Assembly (NCBI GenBank): GCA_010015585.1
Contig: ML975158.1
Direction: 5' to 3' (one strand)
Source: Eremomyces bilateralis CBS 781.70
Lineage: Eukaryota
Length of the DNA stretch: 64,000 nucleotides
The notes below the pieces were generated by a model that made no database searches, was not told the origin of the DNA, and saw only the letters and a program-made list of their open reading frames with translations. How positions within the stretch are numbered: position 1 is the stretch's first letter; every line of letters starts with the position of its first letter. This document shows, in pieces, positions 11,172 through 23,306 of the stretch. The position numbers and the translations under genes are program-made.

Positions 11172-12953
11172 ATGAGGTTGGTGTTGTGCCGTACCATACG
11201 GCCCCGACAATTGCAGAACGCATCATGGACTCGCCGCAAGTCCACCATCGCTGCCATCAAAAGCGGAGTATGGAAAGAGAATGTTGACGAGAAGGGGGAT
11301 TCGTTTCGTTCCCGACGACATTTCATAGAGCGGGGGCCTGATGAAAGAAGACGAAGCGACGATGGGAACAGCTCCCGGTTTCGTCCATCTCCCAGAGATC
11401 GCGATGAACCTCCTCAAGGAAGGCGAGGCGACGATAGAAGGGCCTCCCGATTTCGATCATCTCCCAGACATCGCGATGAACCTAGTGAAGGCCGACAAGG
11501 CGACGATAGATATACCTCCCGACTTCGATCATCTTCCAGACGTGGCGATGAACCTGCTACAAAACGGCGAGACGATAACGGAGCCCCGTCTCGATTTGGA
11601 CTGCCTTCTAGGCACCACGATGAACCTACTGAAGGACGGCGAGACGATAGCCACACCTCCCGATTTCGATCATCTCGTGGCCGTCACGATGAACCTCCCG
11701 ATGTCCTCCCCCACAGGTCTGCGACCTCCCAATTCCTCTTTGGCACATCCACCGTCGTCGCGGCCCTCCGTGCGAAACGCCGGCAGCTCTACCAATTATA
11801 TATCGTCCACGACAAGATGCCGAAAGACGACTCGTCCCTGACCGCCGACGACATCCTGAAGCTGGCATCTAACGCCCGTTGCCCATATCGGATCGTGGAA
11901 CGCGACTGGTTACCCCTTTTCGACCGCGTGAGCGAAGCCCGACCACACAACGGCCTCATCCTCGAGGCATCCCCTCTCCCCACACCCCCCGTATCCGCTC
12001 TCCTCCCCGTCGACCAACGCGCCACCCAAATCGACGCCGCCTCTCCTTCCCTCACCACCACCCCCTCCCCCTCACTCACCATCCCCCTCCCCCGCCATCA
12101 CCACGCTTTCCGCTCTCCCTTCCCCTTCCTCCCCCTCTTCGACACCGTCCTCAACCCAGGCAACCTCGGCTCCCTCCTCCGCTCTGTCCACTTCCTCGGC
12201 CTCCCCTCCGTCCTCCTCTCCACCCGCACCTGCGCCCCCCTCAATGCCTCCACCCTCAAAGCTGCCTCCGGCGCCGCCGACGCCCTGCGCATCCTCGCCG
12301 TCTCCGAGCCTGCCCGCTTCCTCGACGAGAGCATCCGCAACGGCTGGCGCGTCTACGGTGCCGCGAGCCCCGAGGCCGCAGCCAACATTGGCGAGGCGAT
12401 GGGATGGCGGTCGTCGTCGACTCGCGAGAAGCATCGGAGGGGTCCGGAGCTCCCAGGCTCGACGGTCGTGTTCTCCGCGCGCTGGGAAGGCGGCGTGGCG
12501 CCAGCGAAGCCGTTGTTCGAGATGTCACCGCATCCTCTGGGAAAGAGCCCGGTGATTTTGCTGATAGGTGGGGAAGGGAAGGGGCTGCGGCCAGCGCTTC
12601 TGAAGCGGTGTCAGGGGTTTCTTGGGATTACGAAGGGGAGGAAGGTGGGTGGAGATGTGGGGGTGGATAGTTTGGGGGTGGCGGTGGCAGGGGCGGTGGT
12701 GATGGAAGGGATGTATGGTTCGTGGTTGTATGGGAGGGGGAGAAGGGAGGGGAAAGGGGTGGAGGAGGCGGATGAAGAGGAGGAGGATGGAGAGGGAAAG
12801 GAGATGGAGATAGAAGAGGTGGAGGAGACGGTTGAGGTGGGAGGTGGAGAGGGAGAGCAAGTTGTTGAAGAAGAGAGACGGCGGGAATTGCTCACCGAGC
12901 ACGGAGAAGACGATCCCGAAGAAAAGGCCAAGCAAGAAAGTCGACTGTGGTAA
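11172..12953 (+). CDS. MRM1: Mitochondrial rRNA 2'-O-methyltransferase (SPOUT, Mrm1/Pet56 family)
   Basis: Motifs FLFGTSTVVAAL, RPHNGLILEASPL, NPGNLGSLLRS, KAASGA, IGGEGKGLR, VDSLGVAVA. Basic N-terminus resembles a mitochondrial presequence. Confidence 0.85.
   Translation: MRLVLCRTIRPRQLQNASWTRRKSTIAAIKSGVWKENVDEKGDSFRSRRHFIERGPDERRRSDDGNSSRFRPSPRDRDEPPQGRRGDDRRASRFRSSPRHRDEPSEGRQGDDRYTSRLRSSSRRGDEPATKRRDDNGAPSRFGLPSRHHDEPTEGRRDDSHTSRFRSSRGRHDEPPDVLPHRSATSQFLFGTSTVVAALRAKRRQLYQLYIVHDKMPKDDSSLTADDILKLASNARCPYRIVERDWLPLFDRVSEARPHNGLILEASPLPTPPVSALLPVDQRATQIDAASPSLTTTPSPSLTIPLPRHHHAFRSPFPFLPLFDTVLNPGNLGSLLRSVHFLGLPSVLLSTRTCAPLNASTLKAASGAADALRILAVSEPARFLDESIRNGWRVYGAASPEAAANIGEAMGWRSSSTREKHRRGPELPGSTVVFSARWEGGVAPAKPLFEMSPHPLGKSPVILLIGGEGKGLRPALLKRCQGFLGITKGRKVGGDVGVDSLGVAVAGAVVMEGMYGSWLYGRGRREGKGVEEADEEEEDGEGKEMEIEEVEETVEVGGGEGEQVVEEERRRELLTEHGEDDPEEKAKQESRLW
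11358..11702 (+). repeat. Five degenerate ~72-nt coding tandem repeats in Mrm1
   Basis: Units start at 11358, 11430, 11502, 11571 and 11643. Peptide consensus DDxxxSRFRSSPRHRDEPxEGRxG. Confidence 0.85.
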
Positions 12954-13196
12954 TATATTTATCTGATTATAACCATAATCAATTCAATGCTGCCACTATG
13001 TCCATCACGCTATGCATAAATGTAAAAGGGAGCCGTCCATGTATACTTCCAACCCGTAACATCGGGGTCCGATCCATGCTATGCAATGCTATTCCTTCTC
13101 AACGAAAAGTACAACCTATCCTCATAACTATCGTAGCCGTGCTTTTCATCTCCTTTCCGCGACCTCTCATCTCCGCCTATCTCCTCCCTCTCCAGC

Positions 13197-16100
13197 TCAC
13201 ATCCACCCCCCCTCCCCCGTCCCTGGCACCCTCCCCCCCGGCCCCGGCGGCCCACCCTGCTGCGCCAAATAACTCGACCCATACGCCTGCGGCGCCATCT
13301 GCACCTGCTGCTGCAAATGCCGAATCTTATTCGGATCCGACTGCCCACTCCCCGGAGAAATCGGCGACACCGGCGCCATCGGGGACATCGGTCTCGGGGA
13401 CATCGGTCTCGGCGCCATCCCAGGTCCCATAGCATGCAGCTGCTGTGGTGACGTAGGTCCAGGATGATATCCCCCACCCCCACCACCCATCTGCCCCGCG
13501 CTATTCTGTCGTGCATATCCCGGCCGCGTCGCCACGCCCGGCGGCGCGTGTCCTTGCCGGCTGCTCGATCGATACATGCCGTACGCCTGATTCGCGCCCA
13601 TCATATGTGGTCGTTGCTGATAGCCCGGGTGTGTCGGTCCCGGCCCCTGGCCCGGTCCTGCTTGTTGCGGATAATACCCCGAAGGAGCTGGATACATCTG
13701 CAGCGGCCTCTGCCCATGCGCTGGACCTTGACCAGGCGGATGTACCCCCTGATGATCACGATATAGAGACGGCGATCCCGCCTCCATCCTCGGGTTCCCC
13801 CCAGCCCCCACCACTGCCATCTGCATCATCCGCCCCCTCTCCACCGCCGCGTTCGCCCGCTCCTGCTCCCGCCCCGCAATCACATTCACCAGCCCAGGAC
13901 TACCCCCAAGCGCGACATTCGGCCCTGGGCTGCTGGCACGGGGATTCGCCCCTGGACTCCCCCCAACCCCCAGACTCAACGAGCTCGGATTACGCTCATG
14001 CCGCGGCCCGTCCCGACTCCGCAACCCATCGCGGCTGCCCGCGGCGGCGCGCATGACGAGCAGCTCATCGGGCGTCGGGGTGACGCGCCCGCCGGCCGTG
14101 CCGGGTCGGACGCCGGCGGCGGAGCCCGGGCGGGAATTCGGGTTCGCGAGGAGGTTCGTGGAGGATTTGTTGCGGGTGTGGGTGTAGAGGGGGCCAGGCT
14201 TGGCGGCCTCGCCGCGTTGGCGGACCCATTCGTCGGGGGAGAGGGGGGTGGTGGATTGGGGGGATTGGCCGGGGGGAGGAGCGAGGTTAGGGGACCATTG
14301 AGGATTGGAGGGGGTGGGGAGGGGTTTGGTGGGGGAGCGGGAGTGGAGGCGGGGGTTGGGTTGGGTGGTTTCGGTGGGGGGGAGGTATTCGCGGACAACT
14401 TGGGCGGTGGCAGTGGGGTTATGGGTGAACCGGTTGGAGTTGTCGGTCGGGGGTTTGGGTCGGTAGGCGTAGGTGGGTCCGAAGTCGACGTTGGGGATGT
14501 CGGAGCCGGGATGCTTAGACGCTCCGGGGGTGTATGTGGTATCTCCGACTCGAATGTCTTGTGGCTCGACATTCCCCACGGTTCGTAGCTGTCCGGCACG
14601 AGGGGCGTCGAATGATTCCTTGGATGGGTTGGCGGACCGGTCCGTTGATGGTGGGGTATCGTAGTCTGTGGTTCCGGAAGCTCCATCTCCATCCCCATCG
14701 GCACCGTCCATCCCACGGTATCCGTAGTTCCCAGCTCCACGGCCGAGATGTGGCTCAGCATGTGCATGGGCAGGGAGTGGTTTCCTCCGAACCGGCTGTC
14801 CACCACTCAGCCGATCGCCACCCGGCGACGTATTTACTGGAGATACGTCGCCTACGTGGTCCTGCTTAGCCTGCATACGGGGCAGGCCTTCCTGGGCGGA
14901 CATTCCCGGGCTGCGAGATTGAGGCGGAAGATGAGTCGCGTGCACTTGGCCATGTTCAGGGACGGGAGGAGGAGGACCCACATTCGAAGCAAAATATTCC
15001 TTGGTGGCGTGCGGTTGCGTGGGACTCCCTGCCTGCGGCACGTACGGAGAGGCCGGGATGGTGGGAAGGCGGGTCTGGCTTTGCTGTTGCTGTTGGTAGG
15101 GCCCGGAATTCCAGCCGGAGCGGGGCGCGATGTATTGCGGTTGGGGCTGCGACGGGTCAAATGGGTCGGCTTCATCCGTGCTCTGGCGTCCGGGAGGATA
15201 GGCTCCGTTGGTTCTCCGATCGTTCTTCCATGCCGAAGCGGCACCAGCGATGGCCAGAGATCCAAGGACTCCTCCAGAAGGTAGGTTCTTCAGCGTTGCC
15301 TCGTCCATGGGGGAGTTTTGCCGTCCCGGGGTTTCTCCGGGATAGAGTTGTGCGGTCGGTCGTTGACTGGGCTTGTGCTGGAATTGCGGAGGAGCGGCAA
15401 CAGGTGCTGGAGTGGCTTGAACTCCCTTGACGGCTGCGAGCTCCTCGGGAATCTCACTCGGCCTGCCACCGCTCAATCCGCTGCCGTCTGACTCCGGCGT
15501 CATACGATCGCGCGTTACACCACCATATCCGTCCGATCCCTGCGATGAAGTGGGATTGTATGCAGATTGGCCAAACGCCGTCGAACTATACGGCACACCT
15601 TGGCGGTGAGCCGGAGGAGGTGGCGGAGAGTCATCACTGTCGCCAAATCGAACGCCTTCCGCGTCAACCGATTCTCCCGACGCCAACCTTGATCCACCTT
15701 TGAAGTCCGGCGTTTCTGACGCCGATCGTTTGTGCTGCATCGCCTGCGCGAGGCCGTTCGGAGGCGCAGAACCGGTTCGCGTCGGATCATCGATGCTCGC
15801 ACGCACGGGAGAGACTTGTCCGGATGCGGGGGTAGAGGGGGCTTGGAACCGAATACCTCCTTTCGACGCGGGAAGACTGCTCCGACTATCGCGACGGCTG
15901 CCGATTCGACTTCCGACGGGACTGCGTCCGGCAAGCATGCGTTTGTTGGTCAGGTCCTTCATCTGCTTGCGCCATGCTCTCTCGCTCCAATTGGTGCTGC
16001 CCTCGGTGTGAACCAAACCCGCGACGTCCAAGATGTCAAGGTATCCGTATCTCTTGTCTTTCGGCAAGGCGAACATCAGACCTCGAGCATCTAGCACGTC

Positions 16101-18061
16101 CGCCACGAGCCGATTCGGGCGTCCATAGAGATTAAAGACGTCCCAGACCGGGAATAAGAACCGAAGAAGCATCTCGAACCCCGAAACCGCCGCGTGGTAT
16201 TCCGGCATCACGAACACGAACCCTTCCATTCTCGATTCGGGGGTGGTGTGGATGGTGATCTTCCCCTCGATTTTCAGCAGCGTCGACTGGTCGATCAACG
16301 GCTTCGATTGCGGATAGATGGCGTAGGCCGAGTACGAGTCGGTGATGGTCGCGATGGGGATGCTCTTCTTCGTGACCTTGCGGGTATCGTAGAATTTGAT
16401 ATCGCCTTTCAACACCGGCGTCTTCCCGTACGACTTCTTCTTCATTGATTTCTGCATCTTCTGGTATTCTTTCTCGTCCGGCGGGGAAATGACGCACCAA
16501 CACCGTCGCCATGGAGTGCCCGCACCGAACCGTACGCGTACCCAATCTTCTTGTTTCACACGCGTCCGGTCCATGATCTGTCGGATGTTGTTGAGGGCTT
16601 TCCCTTTCCCGGCGATGAGGGATCCGGTATAGGCTTCTTGCAGGCTCGAATGTTCGAACATGGCCAGCCGAATACCGGCAGTCCATTGCGTGAGGGAGTT
16701 AAGAGAGTTGAAGTGGAGAAGGTATCGGTTGTTGGCGGCGGTGGATACGCTAAGGACATTTTGGAGAGCCTGTCCGGTTGAACTGCTCATCGGTAATGAC
16801 TCAATCTAAAGATGTTAGCACTGTACGCCGATTTCATTTGCGCTATTCGTACCATCTTGATGGAGGCATCCGAAAGATTTATAAAGGTTGGAACCACTTC
16901 TCCATTATCCCCCGCCGCGTCCAGTGCTGCTGCATCCCACAATGATAGTACTGTGCCGACGAGTTGTGCGAAGCATTCCTTCCATGACCGGTCTCCGCTT
17001 GGTCTGCCACCTGTTCATCCGCTAGGTCAGCAACGTGCCCTTTCCGTTCCGGGGATGTTTCGGATCTTACGTGAATCGAGGTCGTGCAACATCAGGAAAT
17101 ATCCCTCCTGGTACAGCTTGTTCCCATGGCTGTTGAGGAATGTGAAAATCGGCTGCAATTCCGGAAGCGTATCCTGTGCAACCTCCATCACCGGCGGCTG
17201 ATAGGTCTGCACCATGGACAACGGGCGCGACGACGTCCGCGAATTCGACCGGTTCCGCTGATGCGACTGCGGCGATGCGCGCTCGTAATTGAATCCTGCG
17301 TAGCTGTCGGGTTGTGCGGAGGATCGGTTCGATTGCGGAGGGGTGCGCTGGATGGAGGTGGAGGAACCGGTCGGGGGAGTGAAGGTCGCAGGCGGGAGTG
17401 CAGTAGCGCTGACGTCCGGGTCAGATTTCGCCGGATCCACGGAGGGAATGGCGTATTCAGGTCCGGTTCGGGGGATTGTGGCGTGTGGTAGAGAGGCTGC
17501 TGAAGGAGAGGCCGAATTTGGGGCTGATTGTGAGTCGCGGTCGAGGGCGGATGAAGAGCGACGATGCCCAGGCGCCCATTGAGAGAACAACGAGGAGACT
17601 ACGTGGCAGAAGCGACCCGAAGGGTGGGTCACGGAGAGATTAGCAAGGCGTCATTGAACATCTTCTCGCGGCGAAGGGTCCTCGAAAGCGAATATATATG
17701 ATTTGATATGGACAGGCGCGGGATCATGTGCCAAAGTCTGGGGTTGGGGTAATTAAGGGACTCGCATGTTAAGCAGTTCATCAACGGTCATGGGGGGAAT
17801 CCTGGGCTGGCGTCTCTGGAGGACATGGACCGCGGGATTGAACAGAGTAGAGGGGTAATGAGCTAAAGTCTTGGTGATGGCGTTACCCATTCAACCGAAA
17901 GACAATGATGCTGTGATGAGAAACAATAGGATATCATAACCGGAAGAAGAAACCAAGCATAATAAACCGTGAGAGACAGAGGCGCATTTGCGCAACGCCC
18001 GGCCTTACCATCACACTGGACAATAAATGGAAAAGCACTCACCTCGTCTAGACCGCGGCAT
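13197..18061 (-). CDS. Caf120/Skg3-like tandem PH-domain protein (~1437 aa)
   Basis: Exons 18061-18043 (MPRSRR), 17598-17071, 17010-16853 and 16805-13197 are in frame. Motifs ELQPIFTFLNSHGNKLYQEGYFL, NRYLLHFNS..LTQWTAGIRL, EDWVRVRFGAGTPWRRCW; long P/Q/G-rich tail. Confidence 0.85.
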
Positions 18062-21000
18062 ATTGTCCCACGGATGGAATACGTTCCCGGTTCTTGCCTT
18101 TGGCTTCTTCTCCAATCACGCCGAAGTAGCTCAGGACCGTTTCAATCGGTCGGATCGGGCTCGAAGAAGTCCAATGTGTTTCAATCAGGTCGAACTCGGG
18201 GTTCCAGAGCCGCTCTTATGGAGATTCGGATCCGGTACAAATCGTCGGCATGCTGCGGAGATTGGCAATATTGGTGGAATCGAGGTATTTACAAACCGGG
18301 AGCCGTGAACGCCGTCAACGAATGCCCAACGGGTTAGGATGCTTTCGGCCAGTTCCAGGGCAGGGATTCGGCGATGATGACGCGGTTAGACGGTTTAGGG
18401 ACAAAGAATACAGTGGGAAGATGTTGTCTAGGTGGAAGAGGTCGAAGAGTGTAAAATAGGGGATATGATGAAGTTGAAAGGTCTCTCACACAAACTCTCT
18501 CTCTTGAAGCAAAGAGGGAATGCGATGGTGTTTAACTTAGCGGCGACGGCGGCGGAGGAGGAGCGGCGGGTAGAAGCTGAAAGATCAAGGAAGTTCCAAG
18601 GGCCCAATATAATGAACTCCTGTAAAGTCCTGTTGTCATCCTGTCATCGTGTCCGCAGCGATGGCGGAGACGGACGGGTGCCAAGTCAACGGTTGATCCA
18701 GACGGGTTCGCCAATTGTTAGCTCAAGCGTCGTGGCTATTCTTTGTCTTTCCTGGTAACTATCGTTTGTATCTGGCCCGCTACGGTGATAGACCCGGGCC
18801 GAGGAGGATGGACTTAATTAAGACTTCAACGAAAGGAGGCACGGTAAGTTGGGAGGTAACTCTGAGCACTGAGGAAGTTTCTCCTCATCCCCGAGCAAAC
18901 AATCATAGATTCAATGAACAGAAGTTGGATAGCCATCGACAGGTTACCGGTAACTCTCGTTAGCCCTCTTCATCCCGCACCACAGTTCCCCGTCATAGTG
19001 CGAAGACAGCTCAGTGCTACAATGGGCTGGAGAGTGGGCATGGATCGATGACGAATTCAACGAGGCGCAAGCCAATAATGCCACCCAAGCGGCCAAGCGA
19101 TGCGGGCTAACGGCGAATCTTGAACCATCCAGGAGATTCTAGGCTAATCAGATAAGATGCTAAACGAGGATACATTTGACACCCGCCGGATGTTGAACTT
19201 CAGCCGGTAAAGCTTGAGACCTTTAGGTTCTCGTGCGCATGAGAGGAACCCGCCTGACTCCTGACCTCCTGAGACATGTTTCAACTTTCAACATCGTCGC
19301 CACGTCTGGTCCTATCACCACCTTTCTCTCCCATTGTCCCAAGGTCGGGTCACGCTTGATGCTACGCTTCCTCTTTCCGACCACGGGAATCTCTTGGTCA
19401 TCGTTAGTCATCTTATTTTCATACTTTTATTTTATGCCTGGGTTGCAGTGAAACAAATGTGGTCTATTGGCTTAGAAGAACCGACTCGGGGCCTCTGATA
19501 CATCGTGAATCATCCCAGTCAGAGGCTCATACCCGCCACCTTGCCCTGACAGAACTCCCTAAGCGGCATCTGTGCCCTGTACTACGTGCCTACAAATAGC
19601 CCGCATCGGCTCCGTGCTAATTGCCAAGGTTGACTGTATACCGTAGTATTTAGAAACCAGACAAGGCCTGAGTCCGTCATCCGATACGCCATACGCTCTC
19701 TGTCCCCTATCCTTAATGGATTCTAACCACACCAGCCCAAACAGCTGAATTCTGAAATCGATGGAGTCCTTCATCGAATTCTGGGGCCTCACCACCAGAT
19801 CGACACCGCCGTCGTCGCGTCGCCAATCTTGAGATGCCTCCCTGCAACTGCATCGGCGACGTCATTGATGGACCGCTGAATGCAGCCCCTATCGGTAGGA
19901 TAAAGCGCTGGTGGCTGGGAGATCGGCGCCCCAGTCTCAGGTCCAGACCGGAAATCGCAGCGATCGTCGAGAATTGGATCGTACTACGTAGTAGTGGGGG
20001 AGGGTTGCGACGATTTATTTTTCCGACGTGGAGGTGATGCTTTGTGGTGTTTTGGACATGGTAGATTTGGAGTTGGCTTTTTATAAACCGAGTCGGAGGT
20101 GTTGTTTCTGATCGAGCAGGTATGTCTGGCAGTCGTGCTCGCCGAGCTGTGCGTCGCCAGCGAGGCTTTTCACGGGAGTTTTCTCATGTCATCCAAACCG
20201 CTACTAAACGTCTAAATAACAATCGAAGGAAATGCAGAGCCATCTTGGTATATCCACGAAAGACATTCGACACCGGTCTTCTCGTTGCGGAATTGCCATG
20301 AATCGATGACGGGATATCACCTATAGTACGGAGTGCTCGAATAGCTAAGTGAAGGAATCCGGTATCCTCGGCGAGCAAATCGGCCGCGATATCACGCCTC
20401 TGCCGCTGCCGCGACGCAGAACCAACCTAGAAAAATCAATCACTGGCTGAAATGGATGGACATCCCTCGCAGGCACCCAACACCTCTCGACCCATTCATC
20501 GTCCGGATGTACTACTAGCCCATAAACGACATCATCCCTTCCTCCAACTGCCCCGAACATCCTTCTTCAAACCCAACTCAGCCCCCGGGCCACCAGCATC
20601 ATCCCTCCACCATCACCTCTGCCTATAAGAGTACTGCCCCTCCTCATCCCCAAACACCGAACCCGAATCCAACGTCCGCCCAACCCTGCCCACCTCTCTC
20701 TTAAACAGAAGCGGATTGAGGGGGTGGGGAGCAATGCGGTTGTGATGGGGAATTTGGACGGGGCGCCAGGAATGGGGTGGAGGGAGGGGTTTCCGGAGGT
20801 GGAGGGGACATGGGAGGCTTCGGGAGGACTTTTGGGGTATGTTTTTGGAGGGGGGGCGAGAGGAGGCAGGCGTCTTTTCTATCTATATTTTCCAGGGCAT
20901 GTGGAGTGGGTGATGCGTTGTCATGGGGTTGATTTAGCGATTGCTTCCAGATCGTTAGTCGCGGAGGGACGGACGGCTGGGCCTGAGATTTGGGATTCGG

Positions 21001-21988
21001 AGACGGAGAGGGAGGCGAGTGGTCATACGCCTGTTTCGGTGGGTGTGAGGATGTTGGTTGAAGGGGATCGATATTTTCGTGTGTTGGCATGAAATCCCGT
21101 CTGCGAAGCCCCTAAGCGCAGGACATGGGCGGTGGCTCAACGCTTGCTCTCATACGACACCGGTGAGTTGGCTGTGGGTTCACCATAGCATTCAGGATGT
21201 CAGGAGAGGAAGCAAACGTAGGCAATCGGCTCCACATATGACCAACAAAAACGACTTCCTTCACCAAGTTAAGGAATATTTTCGTGGAACTTTCCTTGTT
21301 ACTGCGTTGACAGGTGTGGAAACTCCCAGTTCCTGTAGTCAACCCCTGAATTCAGAAAAACCATGTCCCAAAGTAGAGGATTATGTATAGTTGCGTAGAA
21401 AGTATGAATGATCCTTACTGTAGCTTGCTTCAGTTAGTTCAAACTGCTTTGAGCTGGATATCTCCAGCTCTTGGCCCCGGAATTTGATATTTCAGTTTCA
21501 GTCACATCAGCCACATCAGTTACAACACCTGCTTGTAAATTTATCCCAGACTCCTGGGCAGCCCTTCAAGGAGTAGAGCAATTTATGGGTCTTTGGAGTT
21601 AACAGTTTCTGCAATTCCACTTAATATGGCTCCTAATTTCCGCTTTCGGTGCCAGAAAGTTACTGTGTAGGTTGTCAAACGAGGGGACAAGTAGCTAACA
21701 TGACCATCATGAACGATAGCTTCCGAAATTGTCAGAGTTCACATGTGCCAATTGCCACACTAAACTGCCTATAATGAACAAAATACCACGGCCATGGGAG
21801 AGTAACTTGTTCCTCGAGAAACAACACCTAAGCCCTTTACAAGCCAGCGGCTTGAAATAGGACGCAAATATCCAGCGGGAAGCAGCAGCGATTCTGGAGC
21901 CTTGTGAGCAGTCTTCAACCTGATCTTGTACTACCTAAGCCAACAATTGCAAGCATCTAATTCGGTTTATACACCTACGAATGCTTGA

Positions 21989-22978
21989 CTATTCGACCTC
22001 TTCCTGCTCCTCCGTACTCCTAACCCTCGTCAACCCCTCTCCAACATGTTTCCGCTCCTCATCCCGCTCCTCAGGTCCTCGTGCCCGCTCCAACTCCCTA
22101 CACCTCCCCGCCAAATCACTCACATGCTCATCCACACTCTCCGGACTCAGCGTCTCCAACGCCATCTCCAGCATGTACAAATACTCTTTATTCTCCCCAC
22201 TCGGACCCACGCTCTTCAAGATATGCGCCGCGAGCGCATCGAGATCCTGCGGGCCGACGAATTGCGGATTCTCGGGGAGTCCGATGTAGACCAGGCATGA
22301 GAACTTCTCCGGGAGCGAACCGTCGGATTGTCGGACGGATTCGGCGGGGTAGAACGGTGTGTATTGGATCGAGTAGCCGTTAATTTCGCGGATGTCGAGG
22401 TATTCTTTTACCTCTTGGGTGCGAGCCGGGGGGATGTGGTAGGCGGCGCCCCATACTCTCTCTGGGGCGTTGGCGTGCTTAGACATTATTCAGCAGCATT
22501 CTTCGGAGTCGATGTCTAATAGCTGGACCGCTACATACTGGGTCGGAAAGTGATTTCCAGTGATCATGATCGATGAGCGTGACAACCCGACCGGGTGCCT
22601 GAGGCGTCCCACGATGATCTTCGCTGCGGGATAATTAGATTGAGAAAGATGGTAATAATGTTTGTTTGTTCTTTACCTTGCCTACATCAATATCGAGGTT
22701 TCCTTAGCATCCCGATATTTAATATGATTTCGCGGCCCGTCGCTCACCTGCCAAAATCTGCGAACATAGCGGTTGATATATCCGGGTACTCTCCTATCTG
22801 ATGGACTGTATGAGATTATGGTCTAAAACACGATGTAGATGACGCTCACCGAAATGAGGTGGAGGCTTCCATATCAAACTCCTGCATCATGATCAGCTTC
22901 CGTCTTGCATGTCATAGAATCTGAGGATAACACGTACCCATATCCAAAAAGCCAGAGGCCACTTGTCTCGTCTTCCAT
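21989..22978 (-). CDS. ChaC-family glutathione-specific gamma-glutamylcyclotransferase (233 aa)
   Basis: Six exons: 22978-22938, 22881-22850, 22797-22748, 22681-22677, 22623-22539, 22477-21989 (702 nt). Motifs WLFGYGSLIWKP, RRFWQASEDHRGTP..PGRVVTL, YLDIREINGY, GPSGENKEYL. Confidence 0.92.
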
Positions 22979-23306
22979 GGAGTGCAGCAGCAATTTTGCA
23001 GCGACTAGTTTAGTGTATAATGGTCTAAGTACATTTAAATCCGACGTCTATTTCTTTGAAAATAGGAAGAAATGAACTTTCTGAGGATGGTGCAATATTG
23101 CATCAATGTTTAAAGTCATGTTTATTGAAATACGCTAATTGGTCATCAGTGTCACAACGACTGAGATTATCAAAGAGACCAGATGACGTCCATATTTTGG
23201 AGTGTTTTATTGAATTCAAGTTTGCATTTGACGTATCATGCCCTTTCCCACTGGTTCTAGAGTTATATACAATCTATTAAAGTCGCCGAGCTGATATCTA
23301 CATGAT

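Noticed and set aside
11358..11702. CRISPR-like periodicity
   Set aside because: Eukaryotic coding tandem repeat with no unique spacers and no cas genes.
11879..15430. Many long antisense and alternate-frame ORFs over Mrm1 and the Caf120-like gene
   Set aside because: Shadow ORFs caused by high GC and skew; the same applies over ROK1, SAS3 and mit1.
19559..20090. TATA-like box and ATG (20059, minus strand) suggesting a gene
   Set aside because: The frame stops after 24 codons and no product is recognisable.
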